Assembly (NCBI GenBank): GCA_016190145.1
Contig: JACPRD010000189.1
Coordinates: 64-64,063, forward strand
Reading direction: 5' to 3'
Source: Planctomycetota bacterium
GTDB lineage: Bacteria; Planctomycetota; MHYJ01; WSZJ01
Length of the DNA: 64,000 nucleotides
A model generated the notes under the pieces. It did no database searches, had not been told where the DNA came from, and saw nothing but the letters and a program-made list of their open reading frames with translations. This document shows, one piece after another, positions 25,690-34,731 of this stretch. Every line of letters begins with the position of its first letter. The stretch's first letter is position 1. The position numbers and the translations under genes are program-made.

Positions 25690-26247
25690 ATGTCCGACCG
25701 CGCCCTCGTCGCCCGCTGCCTCGACAAAGCCCCCGGCGCCTGGGAGGAGTTCCTCGCGATCCACCGCGGAACCCTCGCCTCCGCCGCCGGCGCGGCGTTG
25801 CTGCGGGCGCAGGGAAGCGCCCCGCGCGCGGACGTGGACAACGCGGTGCAGGCGGCGCTCGTCGAACTGCTGCGCGACGGCAACGCGGCGCTCCGGGCCT
25901 GGCAGGGCCGCGCCTCGCTCGCCGGCTACCTCAGGGTCATCGCTTCGCGCGTCGCGCTCAATCAGGTCCGGGGCGAGCTGCGGAAGGGATTTCTGCGGTT
26001 CCGGCCGCTGGACGGCGCGCCGGAGCCGGCCGCGCCCGAGGCCGGGGACGCGGCGGACGTCGAGGCGCTGCGGGCCGCGATGGAGCGGCTGCCGGCGCGG
26101 GAGAAGCTGATCCTGAGCCTGTTCCATTTCGACGGCGCGACGTACGCGCAGATCGCGCGCGTCATGGGAATTCCGGCGGGCTCGGTGGCTCCGACGCTCA
26201 TGCGGGCGCGGGAGAAGCTGCGGGGATTGATAGGAGGGTCGACATGA
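25690..26247 (+). CDS. ECF RNA polymerase sigma-70 family factor
   Basis: 185 aa. The sigma2 region and sigma4 HTH (REKLILSLFHFDGATYAQIARVMGIPAGSVAPTLMRAREKLR) are present. Confidence 0.8.
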   Translation: MSDRALVARCLDKAPGAWEEFLAIHRGTLASAAGAALLRAQGSAPRADVDNAVQAALVELLRDGNAALRAWQGRASLAGYLRVIASRVALNQVRGELRKGFLRFRPLDGAPEPAAPEAGDAADVEALRAAMERLPAREKLILSLFHFDGATYAQIARVMGIPAGSVAPTLMRAREKLRGLIGGST

Positions 26248-26639
26248 GCGCATGGATCCGGCCGTTGTTCGTGCTCGCGGGAATCTACGACGGCGGCCTC
26301 GGCGTTGCGTTCCTGTTCTTCCATGCCGCCATCTTCGCGCACTTCGGCGTCACGCCTCCGAATCACGCCGCCTACGTGCAGTTTCCGGCACTCCTCCTGA
26401 TCCTGTTCGCCGCCCTCTTCTTCCAGGTGGCGGCCGATCCCGCCGCGAACCGGAAGCTCATTCCCTACGGCGTCGGCCTCAAGGCCGCCTACTGCGGCAC
26501 GACGTTCTGGTACGCGGCCGCCGCCGGCATCCCGTCGATGTGGATGCCCTGGGCCTGGGCGGATCTTGGCTTCCTGATCGTGTTCGCGGTCGCGTGGGTG
26601 AGGCTCGGCGCGGCGGCGGGGGCGAAGCGCGCCGAATAG
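26244..26639 (+). CDS. hypothetical membrane protein, translationally coupled to the ECF sigma gene
   Basis: ATGA overlap with the sigma stop. Four hydrophobic helices. GC3-rich. Confidence 0.6.
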   Translation: MSAWIRPLFVLAGIYDGGLGVAFLFFHAAIFAHFGVTPPNHAAYVQFPALLLILFAALFFQVAADPAANRKLIPYGVGLKAAYCGTTFWYAAAAGIPSMWMPWAWADLGFLIVFAVAWVRLGAAAGAKRAE

Positions 26640-26653
26640 CTTCGAGGCCCGCC

Positions 26654-27349
26654 CGTTCCTCGTTACTCGTTCCTCGTTTCTCGGGAGCGAAAGCTGAGAG
26701 CGTGAGAAAAAATCGATCTACGGTGCGGTCGGACCTCGCTCGCTTCGCGAGCTCGCCCCGACCGCGCCTGCGATCGAATTTTTTCACGCTCTCAGGAAGT
26801 GCTTTGCCCACCAGAGTTTGAGAGAAAATCGGGCCGGGGGGCGGAGTCGGCCGGCTCGTCCGACCCTGACCATCAAGAGCCCTCTCGCCGGCCGACGGAG
26901 CATCCCGGACCGATTTTCTCTCAAACTCTGAGGAGGAGAAGGAGGAGGAGCAGGAGGAGATCGTCCCACCGAGGCCGTTCCTCCTCCTGCTCCTTCTCCT
27001 CCTCCTTCTACTGGGCTGTTTCAGAACAACCGGCCATTTTCAGGTGGCGTGAGAATAGCCTGGTGTGGCGGCTTCGGAATCGGGGGAAGCGCGAAGCCCA
27101 AGGGCCAAGAAAACGCACAGACGGTCAATCCCAAGCCCCAACTCGGGCCGACTCCGATCCACGACTTGGGGTTGAACCTCTGTGATTTGGGAGTTTACCT
27201 GGCCCTTGGGCATCAGCGCTTCCTCCGGCCGGGGGGGCGGAGTCGGCCGGCTCGTCCAGACTTTGTCAACCGTGGGCCTCCCAGCCGGCCGATGGAGCAT
27301 CCCGCATCAAACGCCTTAGAGGTCCAGACCGATTTTTTCTCAAACTCTG
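26654..27349. repeat. array of at least five consecutive long hairpins / dispersed repeat copies filling a 750-nt intergenic region
   Basis: CTCGTT heptads at 26654..26683. Hairpin 26694..26795 (CTGAGAGCGTGAGAAAAAATCGATC / GATCGAATTTTTTCACGCTCTCAG). Hairpin 26812..26930 with 21-bp perfect terminal arms (CAGAGTTTGAGAGAAAATCGG). Purine/pyrimidine hairpin 26931..27008. Hairpin 27096..27211. Partial second copy of the 26812 element at 27226..27349. Confidence 0.7.
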
Positions 27350-27389
27350 ATTCCTGTATTTTTCGCGGGCCGGCCGGTGACTCCGAAGC

Positions 27390-28676
27390 ATGCCCTGCCC
27401 CGATCCCGAAACACTCGCCCGCCTCGCCGAGGGGACACTGGCAGGCGCGGAATTCGACGCCGCGCAGGCACACCTGGCGGAGTGCGAGGCGTGCCGGGAA
27501 GTCCTGCTCGTGGTGATCCCGGAGGAGAAAGGGACTTCGCGCCGCATCCCCTTGCCGCGGAGGGAGTTCCCCCGGGGTCTCGCGACCGCGGCCGCGGTCC
27601 TGGTGGCGGCCGGCGCGTTCGCGCTCAGGACCGCGCTGCCGGAGAAGAAATCAACGGCCGCCCCCGAGCGTCTCGCCCAGGAGTTCAAGCCGCAGTCGAG
27701 TCCGCTTCCCGAACCCGAACCTCCGAAGCCCGGGCCGGACGTCGAGCCCGAGCCGCCGCCCGACGTCCCGGAGCCGCCGAAGCCGGAACCGGAATCCGAG
27801 CCTCCGAAGCCCGAACCTCCCAGGCCGGAGCCTCCCCGCCCCGAACCTCCGAGGCCGGAACCTCCGAAACCGGAGCCGACCCGCGCCCTCGCCGCAGTCC
27901 GCTTCCTCGATGTCACCGGCCGCCTGTTGCTCGGAAAAACGGCCGTTAGCGACGGACGGACGACCGACCAGCTCCTGACGGCCCCCAACGGCGCCTCCTT
28001 CCGCGTCGACGGCCACCTCGTCGCCTTCGGGAAGGGGGCCTCCGCGAAGATCGCCCGCGACGGCGAGACGTACGTGCTCGACGTCGAAAAAGGGGAGGTT
28101 TACGTCGAGCCGCAGGGCGCGGCGTGGCGCGTGCGCGGCGCCGAGATGGCGCTCGATTTCGGCGCGGTCGTGACGCCCACGACCGTCCAGCGGCTGCGCG
28201 ACCTGCCGAGCACCCCGGCCGCGAATCTCCGGGCCCGGTTCCAGCCCCTGTTCCCGAAGCAGACCACGCGGTTCTTCGAGGACTTCGCCTCGCGCGCCGG
28301 GGGGTTCGAGAGGGCGGTCGCCCAGGACGGGTCGATCCTGGGCGCGCGCGTCGAGCTGCCGAAAGCCGCGCCGTACACGAAGAACCTCGCCGTCCGGTGC
28401 CGGTACCGCACGGCGGCCCGCACGCTCCAGGTCGGCCTGCACGTCCGCGGCCGCCTGGAGCCGTGGGCCGCGATGGCGGATGCGAGAGCCGGCGGCTGGC
28501 AGGAACTCACCGTTCACGGTTCCGACTTCTCGGCCGGCCCGCCCGGGGGGGAGGGGCCCGCCGACGGTGACGACGTCCTCGAACTGTCGTTCGCCATCAA
28601 CACCGCCGAGCCCGGGAGCGGGGACGCCTCGCTCGAGATCGACGATGTCAGGCTGATAGAGGAGGAGAAGCGATGA
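27390..28676 (+). CDS. putative anti-sigma factor (zf-HC2-like N-terminus, TM helix, Pro-rich linker, periplasmic domain)
   Basis: AHLAECEACREVL H-x3-C-x2-C motif, TM segment LATAAAVLVAAGAFAL, and a PEPPKPEPPRPEPPRP linker. Confidence 0.7.
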   Translation: MPCPDPETLARLAEGTLAGAEFDAAQAHLAECEACREVLLVVIPEEKGTSRRIPLPRREFPRGLATAAAVLVAAGAFALRTALPEKKSTAAPERLAQEFKPQSSPLPEPEPPKPGPDVEPEPPPDVPEPPKPEPESEPPKPEPPRPEPPRPEPPRPEPPKPEPTRALAAVRFLDVTGRLLLGKTAVSDGRTTDQLLTAPNGASFRVDGHLVAFGKGASAKIARDGETYVLDVEKGEVYVEPQGAAWRVRGAEMALDFGAVVTPTTVQRLRDLPSTPAANLRARFQPLFPKQTTRFFEDFASRAGGFERAVAQDGSILGARVELPKAAPYTKNLAVRCRYRTAARTLQVGLHVRGRLEPWAAMADARAGGWQELTVHGSDFSAGPPGGEGPADGDDVLELSFAINTAEPGSGDASLEIDDVRLIEEEKR

Positions 28677-29578
28677 AGCTGTTCCCGGGATGGATCGGGG
28701 TTTTCGTGCTGGCGGTCGCGGCGCGCGCGGAAGAGCCGGCGATGACGATGAAGGCGGTGAAAGGGAAGGGCTTCCCGAAGCTGGCGGCGGAAACCGCGAC
28801 GTACGCGATCAAGACCGACGTCGACGCGAACACGCTCTGGCAGGTCGCGACGATCCTCGAGGACCTGCACCGGGGGTTCGTGACGGAGTTCAAGGACCAG
28901 GTGAAAGCGGACGGGAAGTCGGCGGGGAAGGAGCGTCTGCAGGTGAGGTTTTACAAAACGCAGAAGAGTTTCTCGGCGGGAATGGCCGCGGCGATGCCGC
29001 CCGGCATGGGCCCCGGCGGTCCCGGGGGCGGCCCGCCCGGCGGCGGCCCGGGCGGGTTCTACGATCCCGGCTCGCGCACGCTTCACACCTGTCTCGAGCA
29101 GCCCGGAGGCGACGACTGGAAATTCGTCCTTGGCCACGAGGGCACGCACCAGCTCCTGCACAACCGCCTGGGCATCGGCGGCGGCCAGCCCGGAATGAGC
29201 TCGGCGATCTGGTTCAACGAGGGATTCGCGTCGTACTGGGCGATGTCCTTCTGGAAGGGGAAAGAGCTGGTCACGGGCGGCGTGCAGAAAAAGCTGCTCG
29301 ACGAGTTCAAGTCGATGAAGTCGTCGAAGTCGCTGCTGAAACTCAAGGACCTGATCGGCGGGGCCCCGAACCCGATGGCGATGAGGGCGTACTACTCCAT
29401 GGGCTGGGCGCTCTGCCATTTCCTCCGGCACAGCGCGCACCGGGAGAAGTTCGCGGCGTACCTCGAGAAGGAACGCGACGGAAAGATCTCGTGGGAGGAA
29501 TTCAAGGGCGCGTTCGGGATCGAGGACGAGGCGAAGTTCGAGAAGGAATTCGTGAAGCACGTCATGTCGCTGAAATAG
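28673..29578 (+). CDS. DUF1570-like secreted protein with HExxH motif
   Basis: Signal peptide, GHEGTHQLLH zinc-like motif, NEGFASYW. ATGA overlap with the anti-sigma gene. Confidence 0.7.
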   Translation: MKLFPGWIGVFVLAVAARAEEPAMTMKAVKGKGFPKLAAETATYAIKTDVDANTLWQVATILEDLHRGFVTEFKDQVKADGKSAGKERLQVRFYKTQKSFSAGMAAAMPPGMGPGGPGGGPPGGGPGGFYDPGSRTLHTCLEQPGGDDWKFVLGHEGTHQLLHNRLGIGGGQPGMSSAIWFNEGFASYWAMSFWKGKELVTGGVQKKLLDEFKSMKSSKSLLKLKDLIGGAPNPMAMRAYYSMGWALCHFLRHSAHREKFAAYLEKERDGKISWEEFKGAFGIEDEAKFEKEFVKHVMSLK

Positions 29579-29595
29579 CCGGGTAGACTGGCGCC

Positions 29596-32500
29596 GTGAC
29601 CGAGGAACGCCGCACCGTCGTCGTTCTCTTTGCCCAGGCGCTCGGACTCGCCGACCTTCCCGAAACGGACCGCGCCGCGACCGCGGTCGCGCTCTTCGCG
29701 CGCCTCCGCGCCGTGGTCGAGCGGCACGGCGGGGCGGTGGACAAGTTCACGGGTGACGTGCTGATGGCACTCTGGGGCGCGCCCGTCGCGCACGAGGACG
29801 ACCCGGTCCGCGCGGTGCGCGCGGCGCTGGCCCTGCGGCGGGAAACCGGAGCGCTGGGCGCGGAACGCGGGCACCGGCTGGAACTGCGCGCGGGGATCAA
29901 CGCGGGGGAGGTGATCTGGGGAAGCGTCGGCGGGGCGGCGCCGACGGCGATGGGGGACGTGGTGAACGTCGCGCAGCGGCTGGAGGACGCCGCCGAGCCG
30001 GGGACCATCCTCGCCGCGCGCCCGGTCGCGCTCGCCGCCGGGCCCCGCCTCCGCCTGCGGCAGCTCTCTCCGATCCGCGTCCGCGGCCGGCAGGATCCCG
30101 TCGAACCGTGGCTCGTCGAAGGCGAAGGCTCCCCCCAGACGGAATTCCGACGGGCCGCCGAAATCGCCACCCCGATCGTCGGCCGCGAGCGCGAACTGGA
30201 ACGCCTCCTCGCCTCTTTCGCCCGCGGTCGTGGCGGGTACTTCGTGCTCGAGGGGGAAGCGGGGATCGGCAAAAGCCGGCTCCTTCACGAGCTCCGCCGG
30301 CGCCTGCGCGCCGAGCGGCCCGGAACCTGGATCGGCGTCGGCCGCGCGCGCGAGGGACCGCCGCTTCCCCTCGGTGCCTTCGCGGAGATCATCCGCGGGG
30401 AGGTCGGCGAGGCGGACGGCGCGCGGGTGGCGGCGCGGCTGGCGGAGGAGATGGCGGGCGCGGGGGCGCTCGAGGCGGAGAACCGCGGGCACCTGATAGC
30501 GATGTCGCTGGGGTTCGCGGTGGCGCGCGCGCGCGTCACCGGGATCGAGCCGTCGCGGGTCCTGTCGGAAATGAGGTACGCGTGGGAGTGCTGGCTGCGG
30601 TCGCGCGCCGCCCGCGCGCCCGCCGTGCTGTGCGTCGAAGACCTGCACTGGGCCGACGGCGGCACGGTGGCCCTCATGGAACATTTCGCGGCCCGCCTGC
30701 CCGGCGTCCCCGTCTTCGTGGTCGGCTCCGCCCGTCCCGGGGCGCGCCTCCCCTCGGGCCACGAGCGCCTTTCCCTCGGGGAGCTTCCCGGCGACGCCCT
30801 CGCGCGCCTCGCGGTCGGAGTTCTTCCGGGCCCGCTCTCCGGGGAACTGCTCGAGTTCCTCGTCCAGCAGTCCGGCGGCAACCCGTACTACCTCGAGGAA
30901 CTCGCCCGGTTCCTGATGGAGGAAAAACTCCTCACGGGTTCGCCTTCGCGCCTCGCCGCCCGCCCCGACCGCATCCCCGCGGGCCTCCAGGGACTCCTCG
31001 TCGCCCGCCTCGACGGCGTCGGCGCCGCGACTCGCGACGCGCTCAAGGCGGCCGCCGTCGTCGGCCGCACCTTCTGGAACGGCCTCCTGTCGCGCCTCCT
31101 CGGCCAGCCCGCCGAGCCGTTCATCGCGGAAGCCCACGCGCGCCAGATGGTCTTCCCGCGCGACGGCTCCCTCCTCCCCGGCGACGCCGAACACGTCTTC
31201 AAGCACGCCCTCCTCCGCGACGCCGCCTACTCCCTGCTCCCCCGGAAAGAGCGCGCCCGCCTCCACCGCCGCGTCGCCGAACTGCTCCCCGCCGACGGGA
31301 GCCGGAAAGTGAAGATCCTGGCGGCCGGACACCGCGAGGCCGCCGCCGAGCCCGCCGAGGCGGCGCGGCTCTGGCTGGAAGCGGGCGAAGAGGCGATGGA
31401 AGCGTGCGCGTGGGACGAAGCGGAGTCCGGCGCCGCCCAGGCGGAGCGCCTCGGCGCGGGACCCGCCGCCGCGCTTCTCGCCGCCTGCGCCGCGTACGCC
31501 GGCGCGCGGTTCGACGCGGCCGGCGCCGCCGCCGCCCGCGCGGCGGCCGCCTCCGATCCGGCCGTGCGGGCGCAGGCGCTTCTCTGCTCAGCCCGCGTCC
31601 TCGAACGACACGGGGAAACGGCGCGCTCGCTCGAACTGGCCAACGAGGTGATCGAGGTTTCCGTGGATCCGCTCGTCCGGGCCGACGCCCTCGTGCTGCG
31701 CGCCTCGGCGTTCGAGGCCCTCGGGCGGCTCGAGGAAGCGGCGTCCGCCTGCCGCGAGGGAATCGCCCTGGCCGGGTCCGGGGAGCCGCGGGCCCTGCGG
31801 ATCCTCGCTGCGCTTGAAGAGGCGTCCTCGAGGGCGCAGTTTCGGCTTGGGCGCGCGGCGGAGGCCCGGGACGCGGCGGATCGCGCCATCCGTGCGGCGA
31901 ACGCGGCCGGCGACCGCCGCGCGATCGCGCGGTCGCTGAGCCAGAAAGGCGGGATCGAATTCGCCGCCGGCGCCTGGGACGCCGCGCTCGACGCGAACCG
32001 GAGGGCGCTCGCGATCCGGCGCGAAACGGGCGACCGCTCGGGCACGGCCACGAGCCTCCAGGGGCTCGGCAACGTCCATTACCGACGCGGAGACTGGGAC
32101 GAAGCGCTGCGCAGCTACGACGAATCGCTCCGGATCAGCCTGGAGGTGGGCGACCTGAACGCGGTGGCGGCATCCCGTTCGAACGCCGCCAACGTGTATT
32201 TCCAGCGCGGCGATTACCCGGCCGCGCTCGCGGGCTACGAGGAATCGATCCGGCTCCGCCGCGAGTCCGGCCACCGCGGCTCGCTTTCCATCGTGCTCTG
32301 CAACAAGGGAAACGTGCACGGGAGCCGGGGGGAATACGACGAGGCGCGGGCGGCGTTCGAGGAAGCCCTCGGCATCGCGCGCGAAATCGGCGACCGGCCG
32401 ACGGTCGGGCTCGTGCTGGTCAACCTCGCGCTTCTGCACTACTTCCGCGGCCGGTTCGAAGACTCGCTGGGCGCGGCGGAGGAGGCGCTGAGCATCCGGC

Positions 32501-33087
32501 GGTCCCTGGGCGACCAACCCGGAGTCGCGGAATGCCTTGGCGCCGCGGGAGTGGCGCGGCAGGCGCTGGGCGACCTCGCGGGTGCGGGCGCGGCCCACGC
32601 CGAGGCGCTCGAAATCCGGCGCGGCGCCGGTGAAATGCTGGGGGTGGCCGAAAGCCTGGCCAGCCTCGGCGCCTTGCGTTTCCTGCGCGGCGACTTCGAG
32701 GCCGCCCGCCGCGATTTCGAGGAGACGGTGGCGCTGTGCCGCGGGCTCGGGCAGAAACGTGTCCTCGCGCAGGCTCTCTGCAGCCTCTCCCTCCTGCTCC
32801 AGCAGCGAGAGGACCCCGCGGCGGCGCTTCCCCCCGCCCTCGAGAGCCTCGCCCTCCGCCGGGAGATTTCCGACCGCAAAGGGACGCTCGAGAGTCTGCT
32901 CCGGCTGGGAGGCGTGCACGCCGCGGCGGGTCGGGCGGCCGAGGCGCGGCCGTGCTTCGAGGAGGCGGCGGAGCTCGCGCGCGCGCTGGGGTCTTCCGCA
33001 GATGAGGCAGCGGCAGCGGAAGCCCTCGCCGGGCTCGCCGGCGCCGACCCGGGCCTGCCGCGCCCCGGACCGGCGCCGAACGGTTAG
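29596..33087 (+). CDS. adenylate/guanylate cyclase domain - AAA/STAND ATPase - TPR repeat protein
   Basis: Class III cyclase motifs (KFTGDVLMALWGAP, RAGINAGEVIWG, MGDVVNVAQRLE), Walker A GEAGIGKSRL, and about 600 aa of TPR-like repeats (GNVHYRRGDWDEAL etc.). GTG start. Confidence 0.8.
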   Translation: MTEERRTVVVLFAQALGLADLPETDRAATAVALFARLRAVVERHGGAVDKFTGDVLMALWGAPVAHEDDPVRAVRAALALRRETGALGAERGHRLELRAGINAGEVIWGSVGGAAPTAMGDVVNVAQRLEDAAEPGTILAARPVALAAGPRLRLRQLSPIRVRGRQDPVEPWLVEGEGSPQTEFRRAAEIATPIVGRERELERLLASFARGRGGYFVLEGEAGIGKSRLLHELRRRLRAERPGTWIGVGRAREGPPLPLGAFAEIIRGEVGEADGARVAARLAEEMAGAGALEAENRGHLIAMSLGFAVARARVTGIEPSRVLSEMRYAWECWLRSRAARAPAVLCVEDLHWADGGTVALMEHFAARLPGVPVFVVGSARPGARLPSGHERLSLGELPGDALARLAVGVLPGPLSGELLEFLVQQSGGNPYYLEELARFLMEEKLLTGSPSRLAARPDRIPAGLQGLLVARLDGVGAATRDALKAAAVVGRTFWNGLLSRLLGQPAEPFIAEAHARQMVFPRDGSLLPGDAEHVFKHALLRDAAYSLLPRKERARLHRRVAELLPADGSRKVKILAAGHREAAAEPAEAARLWLEAGEEAMEACAWDEAESGAAQAERLGAGPAAALLAACAAYAGARFDAAGAAAARAAAASDPAVRAQALLCSARVLERHGETARSLELANEVIEVSVDPLVRADALVLRASAFEALGRLEEAASACREGIALAGSGEPRALRILAALEEASSRAQFRLGRAAEARDAADRAIRAANAAGDRRAIARSLSQKGGIEFAAGAWDAALDANRRALAIRRETGDRSGTATSLQGLGNVHYRRGDWDEALRSYDESLRISLEVGDLNAVAASRSNAANVYFQRGDYPAALAGYEESIRLRRESGHRGSLSIVLCNKGNVHGSRGEYDEARAAFEEALGIAREIGDRPTVGLVLVNLALLHYFRGRFEDSLGAAEEALSIRRSLGDQPGVAECLGAAGVARQALGDLAGAGAAHAEALEIRRGAGEMLGVAESLASLGALRFLRGDFEAARRDFEETVALCRGLGQKRVLAQALCSLSLLLQQREDPAAALPPALESLALRREISDRKGTLESLLRLGGVHAAAGRAAEARPCFEEAAELARALGSSADEAAAAEALAGLAGADPGLPRPGPAPNG

Positions 33088-33117
33088 AATCGCCCCGCCT
33101 CCTGCTTCCGAGACCGC

Positions 33118-33903
33118 GTGACCGATCCCTCCCCCGCGCCCGCCGAATCCGCCAGACCCCGCAGGGACAAGCTCCATCTCTTCTGGCTGGCCGCGCTCGC
33201 CGTCATCGTTCTCGCGAGCGTCTTCTTCCACTTTCCGTACCGCGCCGGGCCGGCCGCGCCGCCAAAATGGTCGGGCGCATGGCCGGGACGCGGCGTGGTG
33301 CGCGTGCCGGGCGGGTGGGACGACCGGCGGAAGGAATTCTGGAAGTCGCGCGAGCGGGACCGCGGTGCGGTGGCGTTCGTGGGCGACTCGATCACCGAGT
33401 GGTGGGCCGACCTCGCCGGGGCCTTCCCCGGCCTCCGCGTCGCCAACCGCGGGATCGCGGGCGACGTCAGCCGCGGCGTCCTGTTCCGGCTCGGAGAAGA
33501 CGTCCTCGACCTCGAGCCGCGCGGCGTCGTCATCCTCGTCGGCACGAACGATCTCCGGTTCGGAGGGACGCCCGAGGACGTGGCGTTCAATATCGCGGAG
33601 ATGATCCGGGAAGTTGAGAAGCGGGGCAAGGGGACGCCGGTCGTGATCTGTCTCGTCATGCCGCGAGAAGGCGCCGTGGACCTGTTCCCCGGGAAGATCC
33701 TGGCGCTCAATGCGCTGATCCTGAAGGAGGCCGCTCTGAAGAAGGGTGTGGCCGTGTGCGACACCTGGGCACCGTTCGCGGACGAGCGCGGGCTGGCGCG
33801 TGACGAAGAGTTTCCGGACCTGCTGCATCCGAATGCGAAGGGGTACGCAAAGTGGGCGGAGGCACTGGTGCCGGCGATGAAGGAAGCGGGGATCGTGAAA
33901 TGA
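33118..33903 (+). CDS. SGNH/GDSL hydrolase family protein
   Basis: FVGDSITEWW (block I Ser), NRGIAGD, ILVGTNDL, DLLHPN (block V). N-terminal TM/signal anchor. Confidence 0.8.
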   Translation: MTDPSPAPAESARPRRDKLHLFWLAALAVIVLASVFFHFPYRAGPAAPPKWSGAWPGRGVVRVPGGWDDRRKEFWKSRERDRGAVAFVGDSITEWWADLAGAFPGLRVANRGIAGDVSRGVLFRLGEDVLDLEPRGVVILVGTNDLRFGGTPEDVAFNIAEMIREVEKRGKGTPVVICLVMPREGAVDLFPGKILALNALILKEAALKKGVAVCDTWAPFADERGLARDEEFPDLLHPNAKGYAKWAEALVPAMKEAGIVK

Positions 33904-34634
33904 GCGGAAAGGCGACCCGGAGCGGGCGGCGGTCCGGCGGCGAGACCGAACTGGGCGGCGACGACGTCCGCTTCCATGAAACCCTCTGGTCCACCGTGCT
34001 CAAGGCGCGCGACCGGTCGAGCCCTTCGGGCAACGACGCGTTCGGCCGGCTCGCGCGCGCGTACTGGAAGCCCGCGTACTTCTTCATCCGCCGCCGCGGC
34101 AAAAACGTGGACCAGGCCAAGGACCTGACGCAGGGATTCTTCGCCGCCCTCCTCGAGCGCGATGTCCTGAAAGGCGTCGACCCCGCCAAGGGCCGCTTCC
34201 GCACCTTCCTCCTGACCGTGCTCGAGCGCTTCCTCGCCAACGAGCGCGAGCGTGCGGGCGCGCTGAAACGCGGCGGCGGCCGCGAGGCGGTGCCGCTGGA
34301 CGTGGCGCAGGCCGAGGTGGAGCTGGCGCGAGCGGGGGAAGGCCCGGAGCAGGCATTCGAGCGCGCGTGGGGGGCGGGAGTGCTGGCGCGTGCCTTCGAG
34401 CGGCTGCGGGGCGCGGCCGGATTCGAGGCGCTGGAGCTGAAGCTGGGGGAGGGCCTGTCGCACGGGGAGATCGGGAAGCGGCTGGGATGCGGGGCGAAGG
34501 ACGTGGAGAACGCGCTTTATCGGGTGCGGAGGAGGTTCAAGGAGGCGGTGCTGGCGGAGATCCGGCTGGAGGTGGAGTCGCCTGCCGAGGCGGAGGAGGA
34601 GTTGGCGCGGGTGTTGAAGATGATGGGGAAGTAG
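33900..34634 (+). CDS. ECF-type sigma factor (kinase-associated subgroup), paralogue of 23042..23893
   Basis: YWKPAYFFIRRRG...QAKDLTQGFFAALLE and a C-terminal HTH HGEIGKRLGCGAKDVENALYRVRRRF. ATGA overlap with the SGNH gene. Confidence 0.75.
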   Translation: MSGKATRSGRRSGGETELGGDDVRFHETLWSTVLKARDRSSPSGNDAFGRLARAYWKPAYFFIRRRGKNVDQAKDLTQGFFAALLERDVLKGVDPAKGRFRTFLLTVLERFLANERERAGALKRGGGREAVPLDVAQAEVELARAGEGPEQAFERAWGAGVLARAFERLRGAAGFEALELKLGEGLSHGEIGKRLGCGAKDVENALYRVRRRFKEAVLAEIRLEVESPAEAEEELARVLKMMGK

Positions 34635-34731
34635 GGCGTAAGCCGTTACGCTCCCGGGACATGACGAAATCCGAAGATCCAGCGAGGGGTTCCGCTTCTC
34701 TTCCTGAACATAGAGGCAGGAGGAGAACCAA

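Noticed and set aside
26640-27389. Possible CRISPR array, because the region is repeat-rich and non-coding.
   Set aside because: The repeats are inverted (hairpin arms) and of different sequences and lengths. There is no regular direct repeat/spacer periodicity, and no cas genes are in the window.
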